A stretch of DNA of 64,000 bases from Thermoplasmata archaeon (GTDB taxonomy: Archaea; Thermoplasmatota; E2; JACPAO01; JAHFTW01), in assembly GCA_034667725.1 (NCBI GenBank), contig JAXDQS010000001.1, positions 173,593 through 237,592 on the forward strand, given 5' to 3'. The position numbers were made by a program, and so were the translations under genes. The notes beneath the pieces are model-generated. The model ran no database searches and was not told the DNA's origin. It worked only from the letters and a program-made list of their open reading frames with translations. Below, in pieces: positions 58,911 to 64,000 of this stretch; the first letter of the stretch is position 1; each line of letters opens with the position of its first letter.

Positions 58911-59873
58911 ATGCGCGCCATCCTGGCCGTGACGGCCATGGCCCTGCTTGCGGGCTGCACCGCGCCCGCCACGGACTCCCTCACGACCGCCCCCGGGGAG
59001 GCTGCCGCCGAGGTTCCGCTGGCCGCCCCCACGCTGCGCGTCGGCGACTGGTGGAACTTCACGGCGCCCGGCCTCGGCCCGTTCACGCTCGTGGTGGCGG
59101 CGGACGCCGGCTCCGATTGGGTGTTCGCCACCGACGACCCGGACGCCGCGTTCTACGACCTGCGCAACGACATCAGCTACCTCGGGCCCCAGCGCAAGTC
59201 GGACCTCGCCGGCTCCCAAGGCACCGAGCGCGTCAAGTTCCTCGACTTCCCGCTCACGGACAACAAGACCTGGACGACGACCTGGGACCATCAGCCCGTG
59301 ACCGTGCGCGCCACCCGGGACGGCGACCGGTTCCACCTCCTGGCCTCGAACGCGACCCGGCCCTACGTCGCCTACGACTACGACCCGGCCGTCCGCTGGT
59401 TCACCGAGATGGACTTCCTCCAGCCCGACGGCTCCTCCTTCGTCATGTCGCTGCAACGCTCCGGCGGCAACTACACCGGCACCCTTGCCCACTGGCAGCT
59501 TGACACCTTGGTCGAGATCCACGGCGACCTCGCCTCGACGCCGTTCGGCAGCCAAGCCTACCAGGTCCCCGCCGGCACCACTGACGTCTGGGTGGACGCC
59601 GAGCTGCACTGCACGGCCGGCTTCGCAGGCGCCGGCACCGCGCCCGCCCCGTTCGTGGGCAGCCTGGCGGGCACCGACGAGCGCGGCGCCGGCTCGCCTG
59701 GCGGCGCGTGCCCCGCGGACGAGTCGTTCTCGGGCGTCGCCGGCGACGTGCGGCCGGACGCCAGCGGGAGCGAAGCATGGGGCTACTCCGCGGGCGGCGC
59801 CGGCGGTGCTGTGGGCACCATCGACCTCTTGATCCTGCTGCGCACCTTGGAGCGCACGCCCCTGGGCGCCTGA
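58911..59873 (+). CDS. Lipoprotein, paralog A (LAGC lipobox)
   Basis: Signal peptide MRAILAVTAMALLAGC. Shares VGDWWNF…, LGPQRKSDLAGSQG, …W…NAT… and overall length with the gene at 60624-61559. Confidence 0.6.
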   Translation: MRAILAVTAMALLAGCTAPATDSLTTAPGEAAAEVPLAAPTLRVGDWWNFTAPGLGPFTLVVAADAGSDWVFATDDPDAAFYDLRNDISYLGPQRKSDLAGSQGTERVKFLDFPLTDNKTWTTTWDHQPVTVRATRDGDRFHLLASNATRPYVAYDYDPAVRWFTEMDFLQPDGSSFVMSLQRSGGNYTGTLAHWQLDTLVEIHGDLASTPFGSQAYQVPAGTTDVWVDAELHCTAGFAGAGTAPAPFVGSLAGTDERGAGSPGGACPADESFSGVAGDVRPDASGSEAWGYSAGGAGGAVGTIDLLILLRTLERTPLGA

Positions 59874-59938
59874 CGCCCTCGATCGCCGCGGGACGCATCG
59901 TCAAGTCCCCCGGGGCTTCGGGTGGGGCGAGGCGCCCC

Positions 59939-60583
59939 ATGCCCAAGAAAGCCATCATCCTCACCGCAGACCAGTTCGAGGACCTCGAGGTCCTGGTGCC
60001 GAAGAACCGCCTGGAGGAGGCTGGCTGGACCGTGGACGTGGCGGCGCCCAGGCGGGGCCGGGTCGAAGGCGAGCACGGCTACGAGGTCGAGGCCCGCTGG
60101 GACCTCGACGAGGTCGAGCCCGACGACTACGACCTGCTGCTAATCCCCGGCGGCCCGCCGGAAGGCGGCGCCGGCACGGTGCGCAGCTACCGCAGCGCCC
60201 GCCGCGTCGTGCAGGCGTTCATGGAGGCCGACAAGCCGGTGGCGGCCATCTGCCACGGGCCGTGGGTGCTCGTGTCCGCCGACGTGGTGGAAGGCCGCCG
60301 CCTCACCTCCGTCAAGAAGGACGGCGTCCCCGACGAGATCGAGGACGAGGGCGGCAAGTGGGTGGACGAGGAGGTCGTCGTGGACGGCAACCTCGTCACC
60401 TCCCGCACGCCGCGCGACCTGCCCGCCTTCCTGCGCGAGGTCATGCGCCTGGTCGAGAAGGGCGGCAGCCGCGCCCGCCGCGCCCCCAAGAAGGCCGCCC
60501 GCAAGCGCTCCGACCGGGCGTCCAACGGGGTCGCCCGCGGCGACGGCTCGCGGGTCGTCGAAGTCTCCCCCGGCATGACCTGA
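59939..60583 (+). CDS. DJ-1/PfpI family protein (class I glutamine amidotransferase-like; intracellular protease/deglycase type)
   Basis: Nucleophile-elbow motif AAICHGPWVL and PfpI-like layout (…ILTADQFEDLEV…, …LLLIPGG…). The C-terminal ~40 aa form a basic tail. Confidence 0.85.
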   Translation: MPKKAIILTADQFEDLEVLVPKNRLEEAGWTVDVAAPRRGRVEGEHGYEVEARWDLDEVEPDDYDLLLIPGGPPEGGAGTVRSYRSARRVVQAFMEADKPVAAICHGPWVLVSADVVEGRRLTSVKKDGVPDEIEDEGGKWVDEEVVVDGNLVTSRTPRDLPAFLREVMRLVEKGGSRARRAPKKAARKRSDRASNGVARGDGSRVVEVSPGMT

Positions 60584-60623
60584 CTGGGCTAGGCTCATTT
60601 GCCAGGACCGGGTCGCCGCCCTC

Positions 60624-61559
60624 GTGCGGTTCGCGCCCTGGATCCTGGTCGCCCTGCTCGCCGGCTGCACGGCCCCCGCCGCGGACGACGCCACCCTCAC
60701 GCCCCCGCTGGCCCCGGACGCCGGCGCGGGCCTCCAGGTGCCTGCCTGGGCGCTGCGCGACTGGTGGTCCTACCGCGTCGGCGACGAGGTCGCGACCTAC
60801 GTCGTCACCCAAGACCTCGGCGCAGCGTGGCAGATGGACACCGACTCCCAGGCGCGCGCCTTCCAGGACGCCCGCGACGACGTGAGCCGCCTCGGGCCGC
60901 AGCGCAAGGCCGACCTCGCCGGCTCGCAAGGCGACGACGCCGTGCAGTTCTTCCGGTGGCCCCTTGCCGCCGGCGACAACTGGACGACGCCCTGGGACGG
61001 CGTCGAGATGGGCATCACGGTGCTGGCCGTCGACGGCCCGCTGGCCCGCCTGGAGGCCCGCAACGCCACCGGCGGCCTCGTCTACACCTACACCTACGAC
61101 GCCGGCGCGCGCTGGTTCCGCGACCTGCGCCGCCTCGCCGCCGACGGCACCGAGCTGGTCCGCCTCGAGCTGTCCGCCTCCGGCCGCAACTGGACCGGCA
61201 CCGCGGTGCGCTGGGACCTCGCCTCCCTCGCGGCAGGCGCCGGGGCGGCCAGCACTGCCGTCCCGTTCAACGTCCCAGAAGGAGTGACCGACCTGTGGCT
61301 GGCCTACACGGCCCAATGCAGCGGCGGCCAAGGCGGCTACGCCATCGCGGTCAAGCCCGCCGACCCCGCCGCCGTCACCGCCACCGAAGGCTACGCCAAC
61401 CAAGGCCCCTGCGGTGACGTCGCGTTCGCGGAGGTCATCCAGGAGGCGCCGCGCCCCGGCCAATGGGCGTTCGCCGTGAGCATGGGCGGCAACCCGGCCG
61501 ACGCCGCGTTCAGCTACGAGGTGCTCCAGCGCACCCTCCGCTTCGTCCCGGTCGGCTGA
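60624..61559 (+). CDS. Lipoprotein, paralog B (LAGC lipobox)
   Basis: Signal peptide MRFAPWILVALLAGC. Homologous to 58911-59873 (LRDWWSY, LGPQRKADLAGSQG, …NWTTPWDG…). Confidence 0.6.
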   Translation: MRFAPWILVALLAGCTAPAADDATLTPPLAPDAGAGLQVPAWALRDWWSYRVGDEVATYVVTQDLGAAWQMDTDSQARAFQDARDDVSRLGPQRKADLAGSQGDDAVQFFRWPLAAGDNWTTPWDGVEMGITVLAVDGPLARLEARNATGGLVYTYTYDAGARWFRDLRRLAADGTELVRLELSASGRNWTGTAVRWDLASLAAGAGAASTAVPFNVPEGVTDLWLAYTAQCSGGQGGYAIAVKPADPAAVTATEGYANQGPCGDVAFAEVIQEAPRPGQWAFAVSMGGNPADAAFSYEVLQRTLRFVPVG

Positions 61560-61596
61560 CGCCAAGCTTTTCGGGGGCGGCCCCGATGGGCCCGCC

Positions 61597-61884
61597 ATGC
61601 GCCCCGCCCTCGCGCTCCTGGCCATCGTCCTCGCCCTGCCCACCGCCACCGCCATGGCCGTCCCGCTGCCCGTCGTCGTCCACCTCGACGCCGACCCCGA
61701 CTGCACGGACTGCATCGGCGTCGAAGCCGGCGTCGGCGCCTTCATCCCCGGCTGCCTCGACTGCCCCGCCGTGGGCGCCTCCGCCGCCGCCGAGACCGAC
61801 GGCACCACCACGACCGCCACCGTCCGCGTCTGCTACGCCAGCTTCTACGTCCTCTGCCTCGTGGACGAGACGGTCACGGTCTAG
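61597..61884 (+). CDS. Small secreted Cys-rich protein (hypothetical)
   Basis: Signal peptide MRPALALLAIVLALPTATAMA followed by seven Cys in 70 aa (CTDCIG…PGCLDCP…). Its stop overlaps the next convergent ORF. Confidence 0.35.
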   Translation: MRPALALLAIVLALPTATAMAVPLPVVVHLDADPDCTDCIGVEAGVGAFIPGCLDCPAVGASAAAETDGTTTTATVRVCYASFYVLCLVDETVTV

Positions 61885-62225
61885 GACGTCCGGCTCTCCA
61901 CCACGACCACCTCGGGCCACCCCTGCATCGGGTAGGACTCCGCCCAGGCGTCCACGTCGAACGAGACCGTCTGCCCGACGCCCACGCTTTCGAGGGTGGT
62001 GGGCGGGCAGGAGCCGTCGTGCTCCCGTCGCAGCAGCCTGGCGCCCGAGAGATGCAGCACCGCCGGCTCGCCGCCGTCCAACTGGACGCGCAGCGACGAC
62101 TCGCCCACCTCGGTGACGGTGGCGCGCTGGCCAGGGCGGACGCAGGCCTCGCCGGGCAGGGGCTGGTCGGCGAGGCAGCCGGCCATCAGGACCGCGACGG
62201 CCAGCAAACCCAGGAGGCCACGCAT
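61881..62225 (-). CDS. Small lipoprotein (hypothetical)
   Basis: MRGLLGLLAVAVLMAGC lipobox signal peptide, 114 aa. Confidence 0.4.
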   Translation of the reverse strand: MRGLLGLLAVAVLMAGCLADQPLPGEACVRPGQRATVTEVGESSLRVQLDGGEPAVLHLSGARLLRREHDGSCPPTTLESVGVGQTVSFDVDAWAESYPMQGWPEVVVVESRTS

Positions 62226-62236
62226 GGAGGCCGCCG

Positions 62237-62476
62237 TCAGAGGAGCTCGCGGCAGCCGCGGCCGGCCTCGCAGCGGGTCACGGTGACCCCGTCGCCATCC
62301 GCGCAGGCGATGGTCGCCGTGCCACGGCCCTGGCCATGGTAGACGCAGACGGACTCCTCGCCCGCGTCGATGCCGGTGCAGGCGTCCTGGGCGACGCAGT
62401 GGCCGACCCACTCCCCGGACGCGGGGACGGCGAAGGCGGTCAAGGCGAGCAAGGCGATGGCAGCAAGGACGCGCAT
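62237..62476 (-). CDS. Small secreted Cys-rich protein (hypothetical), in frame with the read-through tfb ORF
   Basis: [21 protein letters not shown] signal peptide and eight Cys in 58 mature residues. As sequenced it is in the same frame as the tfb extension, but it has its own ATG 62476 and signal peptide. Confidence 0.3.
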   Translation of the reverse strand: MRVLAAIALLALTAFAVPASGEWVGHCVAQDACTGIDAGEESVCVYHGQGRGTATIACADGDGVTVTRCEAGRGCRELL

Positions 62477-62627
62477 CGGGGTGGCATGGCGGGCGCCGCG
62501 CTTAGGGGTTTGCCAGCCTTTCGGCCAGCCCCCTGAGCCTCGCTGATGCTCGCTCAGGGTCCGGCGTCGCCTTCGGCGTGCCTGCTCGCAGAGCGCGGCC
62601 TGTCGGACCTCGCCTCCTCGCTGCGGC

Positions 62628-63703
62628 TCAGAGGACGATGTCGATGTCCAAGCGCTCTGCCCCTTCCTGCCTTCGCTTCTCTCTGGCTGGAAGGTCCGCT
62701 CGCCTTCGCTGCGCTCGGCTCGCATCCACCTTCGGCTGAGGCCTTCGGCCTTCAGCACGATGTCGATGTCCAGCCTTTCGGCCAGCTCCTTGTACCGGTT
62801 GCGGATCGTGACCTCGGTCACGCCCGCGACCTCGGCGACCTCGCGCTGGGTGCGGCGCTCGCCCGACAGGATGCTCGCGATGTAGATGGCGGCCGCGGCG
62901 ACACCGGTCGGCCCCCTTCCACTCGTCAGTTCCCGGTCGGCGGCCTGCTTCAGGATGTCCACCGTCTTGGCCTGGACGTCGCCCGACAGCTTCAGCTCGG
63001 AGCAGAAGCGGGGGATGTAGTCCTGGGGCGCGGTCGGCATCAGCTTGAGCTTGAGCTCGCGGGCGATGAAGCGGTAGGTGCGGCCGATCTCCTTGCGGGA
63101 GACGCGGGACGCGTCGGCGATCTCGTCCAAGGTGCGCGGCACGTCGCACTGGCGGCAGGCGGCGTAGAGCGCGGCGGCGGCGACACCTTCGATGGAGCGG
63201 CCGCGGATGAGGTTCTTCGTGACGGCGCGCCGGTAGACCATGGCCGCCGTCTCGCGGACGTTGCGGGGCAGGCCCATGCCGGAGGCCATGCGGTCCAGCT
63301 CGGAGAGGGCGAAGGCGAGGTTGCGCTCGGTCGCGTTCGAGACGCGGATGCGGCGCTGCCACTTGCGCAGGCGGTAGAGCTGGGCGCGGTTGCGGGTCGG
63401 GATCGACTTGCCGTAGGAGTCCTTGTTCTTCCAGCCGATCATGGTGGAGAGACCCTTGTCGTGGATGGTGTAGGTCATGGGCGCGCCGACGCGGGCGCGC
63501 TTCTCGCGCTGCTCGGAGTCGAACGCGCGCCACTCGGGGCCTTGGTCGATGAACGCGTCGTCCAGCACCAGGCCGCAGGTCTCGCACACCATCTCGCCGC
63601 GCTCGTAGTCGGACTGGATGTGGTCCGACCCGCACTCCGGGCAAGTGGTGATCTCCTCGATCTTCTGCTGCTCCTTCTTCTTCGGCTTCGCGATCTCGAC
63701 CAT
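62628..63703 (-). CDS. tfb: Transcription initiation factor IIB (TFB); 3' end disrupted by an insertion/duplication
   Basis: N-terminal Zn ribbon CPECGS…CETCG, B-finger/linker, two cyclin-fold repeats and a C-terminal HTH (…[23 protein letters not shown]). The expected stop (…[12 protein letters not shown] 62628-62630) is present only in the +1 frame after a ~122-bp insertion flanked by the 16-bp direct repeat ACGATGTCGATGTCCA (62635-62650 and 62757-62772). As sequenced the frame reads through to 62237. Confidence 0.85.
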
Positions 63704-63734
63704 GGAAAACCGGGGTCCCGGGCGGCTGCGGGGG

Positions 63735-63890
63735 GCGCCGCCCTGTCTGGGTTTGCTGTGATAGCAATAAACAGTTAAGCCTTTCCCAGTTTTTCCATGG
63801 CGCTTCATATACTTGGACCAAGTTTTGACTTGAAGCTGTCGTCCGGCACTGCCCCCGGGCCCCGCGCGGTTCCATAAAAAGAGAACCTTC
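63735..63890 (-). promoter_or_regulatory. AT-rich island upstream of tfb (candidate promoter region, possibly divergent)
   Basis: The ~150-nt segment is far more AT-rich than the ~70% GC surroundings (…TGATAGCAATAAACAGTTAAGCC…TTCATATACTTGGACCAAGTTTTGACTTG…TTCCATAAAAAGAGAACC…). It carries several TATA-like motifs on both strands upstream of ATG 63703 and of a possible + ORF starting at 63892. Confidence 0.3.
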
Positions 63891-64000
63891 ATGGAAGGCA
63901 GCCCCCTCGGCCGCGCGCCGTGGACCTGTCGCGCCTGCCCGAGCCCACGTCGCAGATCGCGCAGGAGCGGGTCGCGCCAGGCCTCCCGTCCCGCAACTTC

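Noticed and set aside
63892-64000. Possible divergent plus-strand gene starting at ATG 63892 ([11 protein letters not shown]…)
   Set aside because: Only ~36 codons fall inside the window. The composition is R/P/S-rich and not diagnostic. It is left uncalled, although the AT-rich island would fit a divergent promoter.

Overview
This window is a very GC-rich (~70%) archaeal chromosomal segment. Archaeal identity is supported by TFIIB-like TFB, Trm1, a two-repeat EndA, archaeal-type TrpRS with a KMSSS motif, a split GMP synthase B subunit, a THEP1 NTPase and TATA/BRE-like promoters. The proteins are not acid-shifted, so this is probably not a haloarchaeon. The lineage is unresolved, possibly Thermoplasmatota-like.

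Left third (1–13.5 kb) is mostly housekeeping: GuaA-B, a Cys/Met PLP enzyme, PanE, ThiI, tRNA-Leu(CAA), a fused ABC exporter, a CDP-alcohol phosphatidyltransferase, CysRS, a DHH phosphoesterase translationally coupled to EndA, a lamin-tail-domain secreted protein, and TrpRS.

Centre (13.5–39.3 kb) is a ~26-kb co-directional cell-surface island: a transglutaminase-like lipoprotein, an S8 protease with thrombospondin-type-3 (TSP3) repeats, a lipoprotein, a BNR/TSP3 protein, and three tandem giant paralogs of 2209, 1512 and 1587 aa. Each giant ends with an FN3-like region, one transmembrane helix, an acidic cytoplasmic linker and a conserved C-terminal Cys4 zinc ribbon. A ~200-nt GC-rich element with a covarying hairpin and a TTTTAAATAC TATA box lies between giants 1/2 and 2/3. 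It recurs inverted just downstream of giant 3.

Right third (39.3–64 kb) has a translationally coupled rimK-like / AstE-AspA-like / FtsX-like triad, an acyl-CoA dehydrogenase, a thiolase, a PKD/TSP3 surface protein, a 1781-aa repeat protein with 11-residue repeats, Trm1, a DUF4062(TIR-like)-TPR protein built from near-identical 126-bp tandem repeats, a ferritin-like protein, small membrane proteins, a THEP1 NTPase, a membrane-anchored wHTH regulator, and PfpI flanked by paralogous lipoproteins. The window ends with tfb, whose 3' end carries a ~122-bp insertion flanked by a 16-bp direct repeat that removes the expected stop codon.

The many long antisense ORFs in the six-frame track are GC artefacts.
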